64,000 nucleotides of DNA from Eledone cirrhosa. Lineage: Eukaryota. Made by a program: the position numbers and the translations under genes. Where the stretch lies: contig OZ024743.1 in NCBI GenBank assembly GCA_964016885.1, positions 352,656,001-352,720,000 on the forward strand, given 5' to 3'. Position 1 is the stretch's first letter. Each line of letters opens with the position of its first letter. The notes beneath the pieces were generated by a model that was not told the DNA's origin, searched no databases, and saw only the letters and a program-made list of their open reading frames with translations. Positions 1 to 13,808 of this stretch are shown one piece after another.

Positions 1-1483
1 TCTTTCTGTTACTTTCATGACCTGGTCCATCAGCTTTATACCTCTATAGTTTCCTCTATCTAGTGCATCACCTTTACCCTTGTAGCAGTTGACAATGATG
101 CTGCTGCACCAATCTTTTGGTATGACACCTTCTAGTATTACCTGGTTAACAATACGTGTGGTTATGGTGTGACCTACTGACCCAAATGCCTTCAGCATCT
201 CGGCAGCTATACCCGATGGACCGGTTGCCTTCCCTGTCTCCATATCTTTGATTGCCTTACTTACTACGCTGCTGCTGACTTGTACTGCTGGCCCCTCTAT
301 AGGGTCTACTTGGGGTAGGGTCTCTTCTTCCCATGCATTCTCCTCATTTAGTAATCTATCATAATGACTCTTCCACGCATCCTTCTTCTCAGCACTTGTG
401 AGGGCAAGCTCACCTTTATCATTCCGGATACACTTCTCTCCAACGACACCACAATTCTCTCTGACACACTGCCTCACAATCTTGAACACCTCCTGTTTCT
501 GGTCCTCACGTTGCAAGACATGCTTGAATTTTCTATCCTTCGCTTCCCTCCTAGCTAAGTATACTTGTCGCCTAGCTTTCCTCCTGGTCTCTATGTAATG
601 TACCCTGCTTCCCCCGTTCTTCCATTCTTTTCATGCCTGTCCCTTAGCCTTAACTGCCTCATCTACCTTATTGTTCCACCACCAAGTCACTCTCCTCCTG
701 CCTATGGTCTTACTCCAACCACAGATCTCATTTGTCGCCTTTAGTAAGTTATTTTTTAGGAACTCCCAGTGTTCTTCTACATTGAATATCTCTATCTGTT
801 CTTCTTTACTGTCATAGGTGTCGAGTAAAATATTTTTAAATCTGTTACTGGCTGAGGGGTCTCTCAGCTTCCAGTCTTCTCCAGGTTGCCTTCTGTTTCC
901 AAGTTCGTCTAGTTCTGACAATGAGGTCGCTGACAACTATGTTATGTTTGGAGGTACATTCTTCACCTGGGAAGGCTTTTGTGTTTACGACCGTCCATCT
1001 GTCATGTCCTCTGATGAGGATAAAATCTATCTGACTAGAATGCCCCCCTGATCTATAGGTGATCAGGTGGTTGTTGGGTTTTTTTAAGTTTGTGTTATAT
1101 ATCGACATGTCATTGGCGTCGCAGAAATCTAGAAGCCTGAAGCCTTCTTCCTTTCTTGTGCCAACCCCATGGCCTCCATGGACTCTATAGAAGCCGTCAC
1201 GGTGTTTACCTATGTGTCCGTTAAAATCTCCTGCAATGATTAGGAAGTCATTGTCGCTTGTTACAGCAGTAGTGTGCATTAAGGACTCATAAAACCTATC
1301 CTTAAGTTCGTCTGGCAACCCCGATTGGGGTGCGTAAGCTGATATTACTGTGGTAATTGTTTTATTCAGGGCTAGTCTGAGTTTAATGATTCTTACACTC
1401 ACCCTGTTCACAGAGATTACCTTATATACCCATTTGTCAGCTAGTAGGATACCTACACCACCCATCCCATTGTCATTTCCCAC
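1..1483 (-). mobile_element. RTE-clade LINE fragment (APE endonuclease, linker, RT N-terminus), degenerate; runs off the window start
   Basis: ORF 845-1483 has APE motifs (GGVGILL, VISAYAPQSG, IIAGDFNGHIG, SQIDFIL). ORF 631-936 (WWWNNKVDEAVKAK) and bases 1-600 are homologous to the LINE at 26.4-27.3 kb. Frameshifts present; truncated at a (TA)n tract. Confidence 0.93.
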
Positions 1484-1503
1484 CTATATATATATATATA
1501 AAT

Positions 1504-1534
<31 letters not shown>

Positions 1535-2324
1535 AATATATATATATCTATATATTAATTTCAACAATGTCAGCATTCCGTGTGTCATAATTCTCGATTA
1601 TCATTGGTTCATAGGTTTCAAACGACTCTGCCCACCTCAACGACGCCAATGCATAATGCCAATAAGGGAGTGAGAGGGGAGAGTAAGAAACAGAGAAGCA
1701 AAGTGAACGCTGTGTTGGATACACTATGTATATGTGTCAGTGTAGAGACGTGTGTGTGTGTGATGTGTGTGGAAATAAGAGGGGAAGGAAAGCAATAACT
1801 ATTAACATGTGTGCGTGTGTATGTACGTGCACGTATGTTTATGTGTGTGTGCATGCAGCGTTCCACAGAAAGTAAAAACTATCAACATGTGTGAGTGTGT
1901 GCGTGTGTGTAAGTGCATGGGTGCGTGTGTAAGTTTGCATGCGTCGCTTCTGATTGCGGTGGTAATAAAACCTCCTCATATGCTGAGTCTGGCAAAAAGC
2001 TTGGATCCTATGGCCAGCCAGGGCTAGAGTAATATTGAAAAACGATTCTATTTTCGAAGTAGAAGGATCCGCCATATGGAGTTCTAACCAGGCCACCTCC
2101 CCGAGTTGAACTCTGGGCAACATTGACTGTCTATTACTCAGTGGCTAAGAGCCTGGAAATTACTGAATACATTTTTGTGTCATATAATTTGTTGTTTTAT
2201 TATTATAGCTGACCACTTATAGATAAGCATGTTTTCCATATCCATATTAATTTGGCATTTGTATAAACCATTTCAAGTAAATAGGGACCTTTTTTACATT
2301 GATGGACATCTTTTATATTAATTA

Positions 2325-2666
2325 TCTATATCTACATATAATATAAAAGATTGGAACTTCCATCATCCTTTTGAGAAACGTTGAACAACCACGTCTATGC
2401 AATGATACACGTTTTACAGTCAGGCAGAAGATGAACCATCTCCTAGAGGTCACTATTCTAGGTGGGAGCACCTAGAATTGTTCATATACTATGCACAAAT
2501 GGTACAACGAAGAATCTGGTATATCTGGAAGATTTTTTTCTATCACACAGACACCACCGACTCGCCTCATACTGTAACCAGAGAAACATCCAATACAGTC
2601 ATTTTCTCTTTTACCTGTCTTCTCTTATCATCTGTTTACCCGGGCGAAGCTGGGTACGTCAGCTAG
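2325..2666 (+). mobile_element. Non-autonomous Helitron-like element
   Basis: Starts A|TCTATATC; ends with GC hairpin ACCCGGGCGAAGCTGGGT then CTAG|T; no TSD seen. Confidence 0.6.
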
Positions 2667-2679
2667 TATATATTATTTA

Positions 2680-3310
2680 GAATGTATGAGATTAAGACAA
2701 AGTATCTGGTAGAGAATATTAAGAAGCCAGAGAAGATTATGAATGCAGGCAGGAAGCCGCTACAGTTGGTTGAGGACTTCCTGTATCTGGGAGCTAAGAT
2801 TGGGAACACAGAGGTAGATGTGGTTGAGAGGAAGAGCAAAGCCTGGGCGGCATGCCACACAGTTTGAGATCAGTGTGGAAGTCGGACCTTCGTAAAGACC
2901 TGAAGATATGAGTGAAGTCTGTGCTACTGTATGGATCTGAGACTTGGACACTGACCAAGAAACTGACTCAGATGGTGGATGGGTGCTACACGAGAAGGCT
3001 GAGGATGGCTCTGAACATTAATCAGTATACACTGAGGATGAAGAACTCAGAGCTGTACGGGCGCCTCCCAAAAGTCAGCTCGAAAGTAACACAGAGGAGA
3101 CTGAGGTCAGCTGGACATGCTCAAAGAGATTCGGAATTGACATTGCACTCAATGCTCCTGAGGGAGTCCCTACATGGACACACTATATATTGATGCCCTA
3201 AGGACAGACACTGGTCTCTGGGAGACGCAGGACATGGCAGCAATGATGAAGGACAAAGACTGTTGGAGAGAACTCGTCCAGGGATCTCGGAAATTTTATC
3301 CGCCCTAGAT
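2680..3310 (+). mobile_element. RTE-type LINE 3' fragment (second family)
   Basis: VEDFLYLG, KSVLLYGSETWTLTK and RRLRSAGH C-terminal RTE motifs. Its 3' end matches the reverse complement of 21527-21645. Confidence 0.85.
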
Positions 3311-3404
3311 ATATATATATAAAGTTATTACATCCATTTCAGAATAATACTGAGAGCAAATGGCTATATAAGCCCATCAAATATGTTTCCTTGTGGTTGT
3401 TTGG

Positions 3405-3467
3405 ATGATAAACGCCATCTGATGAGGGCCCAACTAGATCTGAAAATCAATTAAAGGTGTTTATCAT
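3405..3467 (+). ncRNA. Degenerate type-I hammerhead ribozyme motif (Penelope-type)
   Basis: 12-bp stem ATGATAAACGCC/GGTGTTTATCAT encloses CTGATGA...GAAA; helices II and III are decayed. Confidence 0.45.
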
Positions 3468-5189
3468 TTTTTCAATTTACATGGAAACTCGTATTTTCGG
3501 GCAAGTTTACATGTTTACATCTTTTTAGAAATGTGTTGGGTTAGGGTTAGGAATATTTTTACAGGCATGTACATCTCTAACATAATTCTCAGACAGAATC
3601 AGTATGAAAATATGTGACTTACTGAATTACTGCTACAACCCACTGGACAGGCTTCCACACAGTTTCCGTCTGTCATAAGATACCCTCTGGCAGATTGAAC
3701 TTGGAGCATTGCGATTGCAAAGCAAACTTCTTAACCATTCAGCCATACCTAATCTCACCCCTAAAAAGCTGAAAAAGCATCTAGTTTACTTCAACAAGGT
3801 TGAACTGTAGTTAATCAACAACAGTAACCGTAATGGTTTTTAACACAGACACAAAGTCACTTTTTGTCTTTGTTTTTGTGTTTGTAGAAGAGTTATTCTA
3901 TTAAATCAACCACAGTACTTGACTAGTACATCATTTTCTGAGCCTGGAAGACTTTGACATAAGGAGCCAATATAAATACAGCAAGGCAATTTTTCTTATA
4001 CTCTAACAAACTACTGTTAACAGCAATAATTATTGTTTGTATCGCCATGCTACAAGGGCAACGAATGTGAGATATTAGAAGGAAAAATTACTCTTGAAAA
4101 AAAGCAAAAAAAAATAAAAATTGAAACAGCAAAAATTCAACTAAAGACAAAAATAAAACAACAAAAAAACAAAAAAAGGCATTGATACTAACCAGAGTTA
4201 TCACCATTGGAAGCTCTCATGATAATTGCAACTAGGATATCTGAAATGGATGAAAATATAATTATGAATACAGTAGCTAGCTATCTCATTCACAGTCAGC
4301 ACACGTTATATATGTATTAAAAGATTAGCACTAATTAACATCTAAAGACAGAAACATGCCTAAGTTTATGGCCTGGTCCATATATAATTCAATATCAAAG
4401 AACTTCATCAAGATAAAGCATATATATAAATACGTGCCTATGTTCAAGTTCTAACTTATTAATAAGTTTTTTCATATTTCCTTATAAATCAAGAATTTAT
4501 AAATAACATTTGCCTAGTCAAAGAGGCAGTAAAAATGTCAATAAAATTCTGATGATGCAACTGTGAATATCCAGAAACACTAGCTATGGATATAGGAACT
4601 TTTTTGTGTTCTAAACAAATGACTTATAAGGAAATACGGGGGTGAGGGAGAACCATTATAAAAATATTATAACTTGAATATTAGTTATGTCATTAATAAT
4701 ACATATCTAAAAGAATATCTGTTCCCCATATACAAATATACACAATCATTATCGTCATCATCACCACCACCTAATTGCAACCTATGATCTCTTAAAGCAG
4801 AAATCTGAAACATATTGCCCACAAATTACTTTTCTATGGTCTGCAGCAGAACAATTTCCGCAACTAATTATGGAAAATTTTAAATGGAAAATTTGTTCCC
4901 CTACATTTTGTACTAATTCATAATTCATATATCCCACTTACTATCAGATACGTATTCATTTTGATGGGGGAAAAAATAAATAGCAGCTTATCAGCTGCAT
5001 TGCAGATTAGCATTATAACTGGTGGAAATTAACCCCCCCCCCCCCATATTTCACTTTTGCCCCACTGTGCCTCTTTCTCAGGACATAATAACCCTTTTCA
5101 GTCTTTGACTTTGAGACCCTGACTTATAGGATAGTGCCTAATCAATGAATTGGTCTACAAGGTTACTGAGGGTCATGACAGCAAAGTTT

Positions 5190-6325
5190 TCAAACACTCC
5201 TGAAGCAACTGTCTCCAACTGATCTGGCTGGATCCCCAACCGTGACCAGCCAAGGTCATGGATCTTATCCAACCATCTTGCTTGAGGTCTACCCCTGGGG
5301 CTCTGGCTGGTTGGTTTTGCCCATAAAATCTGTCCAGCGATTCTTTCCTGTGACATTCTAACCACATGCCCATAGTATTGGAGCTGTGATCTATCAATTC
5401 AAAGAAGAATCGGCTCTCCCTGGAATGACTTTCTGATCTTCGAGCTACTCACTCTGTCGAGCAATGTTACTCCAAAGACCCTTCGGAGGAACCCCATTTC
5501 TGCCGCTTGTATTCATGATCATATTCTTTCAGTCATTACACAAGATTCATGACGACCATAGGTGAGGGTTGGCACAAATACCGAATTGAAGACAGCGAGT
5601 TTGGCTTTTACACCTACCTCCCTTCTTCTGATTACTGAATGCTGAAGCTCGTGCATTACTGCACCAGCTCCAGTAATTCTTGCATTTAATTCAGCCTCTT
5701 ACTTTCCATCACTCGTTAACATGGCCTCGAGATACTTGAACTTCTCCACCTGATTCAATGGTACTCCATTCATTCCAGCCATGCAGCACTTAACATGGTT
5801 GAGATCAATTTCAGCATTTGGAGATCATCTTCTGGCGAGTTAAGTAACACTATGTCATCTGCAATTTCCAGCTGACTGATACCACTTCCAACCTGGCTGT
5901 GCATGTCAATCCTGTTCATGAAAATAATGAACAGGGGCAGTGACAGTATGTACCATTCAAATGGTTTTGATTTAGCATCATTTATCTGAACACGAATACT
6001 CAGGCATTATATAGAGACATCAGTTGTTGGCCTTGTGCCTAAATCAGAAATCATTATTTAGAGACAACAGGACAAGAAGAAGCTGATTATCGATCCCATA
6101 CTCCTGCAGAACCTTCCACAGCAGGTCCTGAGGAATGAGTCATATGCATTTTCGAAGTTTACAAAACAAGAATATACATCTTGGCAATACTCCCACGATT
6201 TCATGAAGACCTGCCGCAGTGTTTAGATTTGGTTGTCTCTGCTGTATCCAGATCAAAAACTGCACTGTTCATCAGCCAGCTTGGATTCAACAATCTCTTT
6301 GCCAGACACTTAACAGACTTTACTG
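5190..6325 (-). mobile_element. RTE-type LINE fragment (RT to C-terminus), degenerate
   Basis: Minus strand reads RMSQERIAGQILWAKP..PRGRPQARWLD; VEKFKYL-like and EQC.F RT segments present; many stops. Confidence 0.85.
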
Positions 6326-6329
6326 AGCT

Positions 6330-6870
6330 AAACAGCTAGCACCCTTCCGTTCACTGGGCTCGTCCGATCGAGGTTACCCTATATAATAGACAGAAACCCC
6401 TGGTCGTGCTGCAGCCACCGTGACCATCGCTAATCACTGAAGGACGATCTGCCGGCCACGGGTCGGCGGCGGAGCCGCCTAGCTGGCGAGTTGGATTCGG
6501 TCCCGCTATCGACACGGGGCAGAAGAAGGCTAGAGATATAGATGGTGGCGTGTCGAAGCACACCACGCTGCCATTTGGCCGTCGTCTGGATTCCCCGGCA
6601 GCGACGCACAGGCATACGGGTCGGTAGCAGCGGCGGACATGCGCTTCAGCAGCAGCGTGTCGTCGAAGTACACCACGCCACCATTCGGGCGTCGTCTGGA
6701 TTACCCGGCAGCGACGCGCAAGCACATGGGTCAGCGGTGGTGGACTCGACACGCATCGGCGGCAGAACACGCGGCAGAGGCGGGGTCTTGTACTCTCAGT
6801 AGCTTCACGCCATGAAACCGGGATAAGCACCAGCCAAATGTGCCTTCTGGCTTAAGACAGACTTTAGACT
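6330..6870. other. CpG-rich segment with an internal direct repeat and a SINE-like 3' tail
   Basis: GC/CpG-rich against an AT-rich background; ~59-bp direct repeat at 6552 and 6662; ends GAAACCGGGATAAGCACC...CAGACTTTAGAC followed by poly-T. Confidence 0.45.
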
Positions 6871-7959
6871 TTTTTTTTTTGTAGTTGTAATTATATTGTA
6901 TTATAAATATGACCATCTATATATCTATGTATACTTGATGAATGACCATGTTATTTTAAAAGATAGATTAAACTTGTCCGAAGTGACATGATGTTATTAC
7001 TTAATTGTTTGTATTAATAATTTATTGTATGCATTAATCAATTGTTTGTATTAATGACATTTAATTGAACATATATAACAATAAGTCAACTCCCCACCTT
7101 CTTCACCTTCACTCACTCCCATTTTTGTTCTGTACTTTTCCCCGTTTTCCTTTATATTTATATTTGTATTTTCCTCTTTGTTTAATTGCCATTAGTAGCA
7201 TATACAAATGAAATACAAGAAAAAAAATACCTACCAACCCAGGCAGATATAGCTATATTTTCTTTATTTATATACATGTGTATAGGTATATGTATACTTG
7301 TAAATCATATATATATGTATCATTATCACCACCACCACCATCATCATCATCATCATTTTATGACTGTTTCCATGCTGTGATGAGTTAAAAGGGGTCATCA
7401 TGGTGTGAGTGAATTCTTATTCAAACTTATTGATCGCCTAGACTGGTCGGAGGACTTCATCCCACTTGCATGTTCAAATTTTGGCATGGTTTTTACAGCT
7501 GGATGCCTTTCCTAATGCCAACTATTTTACAGAGTGTACTGAGTATATTTCATCATAACCTCAACACTAGAGAGAGTGTTATGTCTTTAGCCAAACTGAA
7601 GGGACCTTTCAAACTTATGTTGCCTCAGCTTATTCATCAATAATTTCACAAGGTATATTCATTGAATTAGTAAGATTACCTTGTGCCCTGCAAGTCTAAA
7701 GAATCCTCACTACTCTATGTGTCTGTTCATTTCAGGCAATGTGGTCAAGAGAGTTGAACAGAAACGAGAGCAAAGACCAGAGTGAGATAGTGTTTTTAAT
7801 GGTTTGAATAAAATATATTTGGAGTTTCATCAGCTTTTGTCAAAAAATGAATAATCTAGACAACAATAAAAATGGGGCCAGTTTTTTTTTTCTTTTTAGT
7901 CACCATGTATAGATATATCATTATCATCTGCCTTTCCATGCCAGCATGAGTTTGACCAA

Positions 7960-8106
<147 letters not shown>

Positions 8107-8109
8107 ATT

Positions 8110-8390
8110 TGTGTGTAAAAGGTAAACAGAATTAACAAAAATAACAAAACAAACAGCACTGTACATGGAAGAAATATATTAGTTTAATACTTGAAATAGC
8201 AGGAAGATAGTTTTAATGTTTCAGACACTACTCCTTCATCAGAAAATAGAGTTAGAAATAGAAAATAAATAGAAAGTAAAGAGTGATGAGAGGAAGGAAC
8301 GGGGAAAATTAGAAGAAAAAAAAATGGGGAGAAAAAAAACACGTGCGTATTCAGTCGGTCATCTATGCGCGTGCGCGTATGTATGTATGT
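8110..8390 (-). mobile_element. Penelope-type short repeat with a minimal hammerhead motif (core 8214-8242)
   Basis: Minus strand CTGATGAAGGAGTAGTGTCTGAAACATTA; homologous to 54088-54290. Confidence 0.6.
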
Positions 8391-8759
8391 TTATATCTAT
8401 TTTTGACAAATATCAGCAAATGCAGGTGGAAAGCTTGCATTTCAAATGAGGTTATTTGCACCATATTACAGACATTCTCTTGTCACATTTGCTATCAGAA
8501 ATGACTGTCCTGTTGGAAGACAACAAACAACCAGCAACACTATTATTCACAACTTGTAATACAAAAGAAATAAATGTATTTACTGATCATACCCTGCCTT
8601 ACATGATGGATTTTGTGTTCACTTCTGTCACATTCACGTTAATTTATCCCCCCCCCCCCCAATCTTCTTCCATTTAAAATCAGTTTACAGCTTTCATAGG
8701 GCCTTTTTTTAATTTTATTTTATACATTGGACTATAAAGAAGACATTACAGTTAATAAT

Positions 8760-8935
8760 GATTTCTACAATAGGCACAATGCCAGCAATTTTGGGGGGAG
8801 GAGAACGTTGTTTAAATCAACCCCAGTGCATTACTGGTGCCTTATGTTATCGGCCCTCTAAGGTTAAAAGGCAAAGCTAATCTCAGCAGGATTTTAACTC
8901 AGAACATAAAAAGCCATAACTCTATGCTGCAAAGA
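8760..8935 (-). mobile_element. tRNA-derived SINE (family A)
   Basis: Diverged match to the family consensus TTTCTAC..GGCACAAGGCCAGCAATT...AAAGGCAAAG.TAA...GATTTGAACTCAG. Confidence 0.7.
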
Positions 8936-9359
8936 ATAATGACAATAAACATAAATTCTAACATAGGTATGAGGTTGCATATTTTTAAACAGAAAAGAGA
9001 CAATTGAATATACTAAGAGTAGTATATTGTTGAAAGTTATTTTATTGACAGTAGAAAGATGAAATGAAGCATTAAACCAGATGGGATTTGAATTCAGGAA
9101 GTAGGAGATGTATCCAAATACTGCAAGTCATTTTGTCAATCTCACTATCAATTCTACCTCACCACCTTATTACACCACCAAACTACAATGATGATTCCTT
9201 CTATATAAGTAGATAGACTCAGATTCAAAGTTGGTGTGATGCTCATGCCTTTTCCAATTGCATTCATTATAAGTAGTGTCGGTAAAGTTAAATAACTATA
9301 TCTAGGAAATGAAACTTTTATCTAATCCATTTTCCAAGTGAGAAGAAGAATCTTCTTAA

Positions 9360-9560
9360 CCCTTTAGCATTTAAACCGGCCATATCCATCCAGAATTCTC
9401 TCACTTCTTTCTGTTCAAACCAGCCATAACTGGCTGCTCATACTTATGTTAAGGTATTTTTCTCAAAATAAATATTATCAAAATCTCATAGATTCGATAT
9501 TATGTGAGATATACTGTGAAAGTACAATAGTAAATATAGAGTAATGTAAATACTAAAGGG
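9360..9560. mobile_element. piggyBac-like MITE
   Basis: TTAA|CCCTTTAGCATTTA ... TAAATACTAAAGGG|TTAA terminal inverted repeats with TTAA target. Confidence 0.8.
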
Positions 9561-10209
9561 TTAATCACCTATGAGTATCATCTATTTAGAATTGATCCAC
9601 AAGCTAACAAAGGAGACTTTATGTAGTAACTTTGACCTGCTAAAATTAGTAGCTATATCTCCCTCAAACCATGTCCCTACTATTTTAAATAGAGAAAAGA
9701 ACAATTGGATAATGTAAATCTAGACATAACCATAACAATATGGAATAATAATTGCTAGTATGATTGATCATAGCTCTAGTCAATTAGAGATGACCTGAGG
9801 CTGAAGAAAAAAAAACAGCCCAGAAGAAATGAAATGACCATGAGCGATAAAAATTGATGACAAAAAAAAAACAACAACAAAATATTCAACTTAAAATAAA
9901 GTCTCATTGTAGGAAGAATTGAAGGGTTCACCCTGTGTTCAGCACATTGCAGCATGAAAAATCACAAGCTAAAGAAGTGACAATGACAATAAGATGATAA
10001 TGATGGTAAAGACCATACTGATGGTGATAGTGATGTTGATGAGGGAGGTGGCATGGGTGGTGGTGGAGATGACGATAATGATGATGATGATGAATATAAT
10101 GCCAACAATGATGTTAATGATAACAATGATTATGAAAACATAATCAGATGAGGACAATGAAAATAATAATAAAGCTGAAGGTGGGAAAGATTATAATGAT
10201 GATATAGAT

Positions 10210-10545
10210 CAGAGGTTCTCAAAGTGTTACAGTGGGTGCTAACACCCGGGATATTTGAGAAGGTCCAGGGGGGCACTGGGGCCTAAGGGACAGGAGGAGG
10301 CTAGTGGTAGAGGTGATCTAATAGTATATTAAATATCAAATGATACATATGATATATAAATATATTAAAATTAAAACTATATAATACTTATTTATACATA
10401 GTATATATTATATTAATTATTATATATAAATTAACGATTTCATATATATTATTTATAATATGCATGTAGGCAGATCTTTCTGGAAATAGGGTTGGGGGTC
10501 ACTGAGGGTATTACATGGCTTTGAGGTAGGGGCCAAAAGTTTGAT
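10210..10545. mobile_element. hAT-like non-autonomous element (uninterrupted copy)
   Basis: Starts CAGAGGTTCTCAAAGT after ATATAGAT; colinear with the two halves at 21399-21525 and 23290-23453. Confidence 0.65.
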
Positions 10546-11317
10546 TACAATAGCAACAGCAATGAAGACAGTGGTAGTGATTATTATGACAACAGATGAT
10601 AATGACAATAGTGGACACAATCACAATGATGATGATGATAATAGTGTTATGGTGGTGGTGGTACATGGTGATTTTGACACTGAGTCTTGTGCAAGAGAAA
10701 AGAAAATCATTTATATTGTAGTTTCTGCAAGAGACATAGACACAAGCAAGCAAGCTTTATAAAAGAAGAGAGATAGTTTCATTTATCTAATTTGTTTTTC
10801 TTAAGATGTTGCCAACACCACCAGCAACAGCAGCAGCAGCAGCCTACTGGCGATAAATCAGAGAAGATCTGATATGCCAAAAAATTCAATTTTCTTCTCA
10901 GAATTTTCTGCACTGCTACTTCTGTCTTTTATATCGCCACATATACTCACATCTGCCCACGACATAGACACAGCTACATACATATGCATATGCGCATGCA
11001 CGCACACAAACAACATGCAGAATTAATGACGTTTGGAACTACCAATGAAATATCTTTCCTGGTGCAACTGAAGTGCATCAGAGACTGGTGTCTTGCAACT
11101 AAATTATAAAGCTGCACAAAAATACATTCATGAATTATATAAATAGAAATTGATGCTTATGAAATAAAATTAATATAAAAAAAGTTATTAATTCTAACAA
11201 TCAATATAGATTGTGTATGTGTGCATTATGTATCTCCATCATTCTTTAATGTATGCTTCTCCTGCTACCAAAATACATATATAAAATATATATATGTATA
11301 TATCTATATATATATAA

Positions 11318-12640
11318 AAATAAAATTAGAATTTTATTTCTCACCCTAGCACAACTGATACATAAATGTAAGTACACACACATGAGGTTGGTGTTAGAAA
11401 GGGCATCCAGCTGTAGAAATCGAGCCAGAATCAGTTCCCGTATGAGCAAGGCATGGTCAGCCAACCGGACACTGCCCACAACAGGACAACCCGTCTAACC
11501 CATGCTAGCATGGAAGAATGGACGTAAAACGGTGATGATGATGATGATATAATATATATATATACACACACACACATATATACACATACATATGTACGTT
11601 TAGGTTATATCGAATATTAATAATAATATTCAATTCGTTTGTAAACAAACGGCCCGATTAAAGCTGTGCCGTGCTGATGACAAATCATCATCCATTTGTT
11701 CAACACTGGCATTGAGGAACAATCAACATGTTTCAGGGTCATTACCTGAACTGTATACTTCTGCGAATCTGTTGAACGGTTGAAAATATATAGTATTTTC
11801 TTAAGTACACATCGGCCGAGTAGCTTCCTTTGCATTCTGAGCGAGTTACGGCTGACCATGCCGAAAACTAAAAATAAAATAGAATTTTATTTCTCCCCCT
11901 AGCAGAACTGATACATAAATGTAAGTATGCATACGTACACACACCCACACACATCATATATATATATACATATGTACGTATGGGTTATATCGAATATTAA
12001 TAATAATCTATATATATATATAAAACTGAGGATGTCTGTCTGTGTGTGTGTGAGTTTGAATCCCTAAAACTAGAGAAGCACCCAACCGACTGTTTTCAAA
12101 CTTTACACATGTAATACTTATGTTTCAGGGAGTGTTCTGATAAAAAAAATTTCAAATTTTCAATGCCCTAGGGACCGCATTAGGCGATTTAGCGATCTCT
12201 CTCTATAATTCTTAGTCTTTCTCTTTTTAGATAGATACATACATATAACGTCGCACCCTTATAATATCTGTCTGCATTACGTCACTTTCTACAATTCACT
12301 CTGCGTCCAGAACGCGCCCTTATAATATCTGTCTGTATGTCTGGCTGTCTGCTGCCTCCGGTTATTCTGCCACCCTTACTCAAGACAAATCTCACACTCA
12401 TTCCCCAAACAGTTGGTAAGTGCACACAACTTCTTCCTCACGTTTTAAGCCACAGTGTTCCTTACTTACGTACCACCAGACCCTTCTTTGCCAGCCATGG
12501 TTGTGACAATACTAAGCATAGCTAAGGCGGTTATATATTTCACAATACCTTATCCCGTGCAACGCCGGGTACCACTGCTAGTATTCAATGGGCTGATTAA
12601 AGCTGTGCCGATGACAAATTGTCATCCATTTGTTCAACAG
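11318..12640. repeat. Local partial tandem duplication with different insertions in each copy
   Basis: 11318-11380 matches 11868-11930, and 11590-11705 matches 11970-12006 plus 12582-12640. A SINE/LINE tail (about 11383-11548) sits in copy 1 and a Helitron in copy 2. Confidence 0.85.
12007..12581 (+). mobile_element. Non-autonomous Helitron
   Basis: 5' TCTATATA; 3' hairpin CCCGTGCAACGCCGGG then CTAG; inserted between A and T without TSD; paralogous empty site at 11626/11627. Confidence 0.88.
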
Positions 12641-12689
12641 CAGCTGGACAACCCAATCTAGTCATTGAGATGCTAAAAGCATCTGGCAT

Positions 12690-12880
12690 GGAGCAAAAAC
12701 AACACTGTTCATCATCTAGCTTGGTCTCAACAATCCCCCTGCATCTCTTTGCCAGACACTTAGCATAGCCCTTACTGGGGAGGCTTAACAAGGAGATCCT
12801 TCTGTAATTGGAACAATCTCTCATGTCCCCCATTTTGAATATTGGGATTATACTCCTAACTGCCATTGCTTAGGTGCCTT
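12690..12880 (-). mobile_element. RTE RT fragment
   Basis: IIPIFKMGD..DCSNYRRISLLS..EQCCF, the N-terminal RT domain of the family at 5.2-6.3 kb. Confidence 0.8.
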
Positions 12881-13339
12881 TCCAAAATAGTAATATTTAT
12901 GAGATCCAGGCCACCCGGCATATTTACTCATTTTCTAGTTGTATTTTAGCTCAATGCTATGATAGGATCATGAGAAGGATCCAACTGGCCTGTCCCTCCT
13001 CATAGCAATGCCAACTAGTTCCACACTGTAAACATGGTTGTGGCTCCCAAACTGTGGTTCTGTTCTAAGAAGGGTTTGGCATGGCCAACTGGCCTTTCCC
13101 CACTCAGCAGTGCCATCCAGTTTCAGGCTCCTAAACTGGTGTTTCACTGTGAGAAGGGTTCAGCTTGGCCAACTGGCCTGTCCGTCCTCATAACAGAGCT
13201 ACCCAGTTCCACACTGTAAATGTGGTTGCTGGTAGGAAGGGCATCCAGCTGTAAAAATCCCAGCCAAATTTACAGTCCTATCGGAGCAAGGTACAGGTGG
13301 ACAATTTTGGCCGGACTTGTATACATATATATACAGATA

Positions 13340-13767
13340 AAAATAAATATAAATTATATAAGGACCTTATATAAGGACCTCTGTCATTTTCGTTTACAAT
13401 TTTATTTACATCATTCTTAAACTCCGGGGCTGTAAATCATTCGGTTATTTTAAATAGAACATTATCTAACGACTCCATTTATACCATAAACTTGGTCTTG
13501 TCTTTGCATGAAATTGTTCTTCTCAGTCCACATAACGACGTATTATCCTCGCTTGTTGTCCGTTCATTACCAGGGAACATCTTCACGAACCAAAATATCG
13601 TCTTCCTGTTTTCCTTCGGTTGCAATGTTTCTCGAAATATTTACTTCTGCGTTCACAAATTGAATTTTTTAGTTTCAGAAGATCCCGTTAATGTTGAAAG
13701 CAGCGATTCTTTGCTTAAACTTTAATCTGTTCTTATAACAAATATATATATATCTATATATATATAT

Positions 13768-13808
<41 letters not shown>

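Noticed and set aside
3535-3552. TTAGGG telomere-like repeat
   Set aside because: Only two to three imperfect units.
7737-7782. Possible plus-strand micro-exon (ttcatttcag|...|gtgaga)
   Set aside because: Splice-like signals alone are common; no supporting partner exons.
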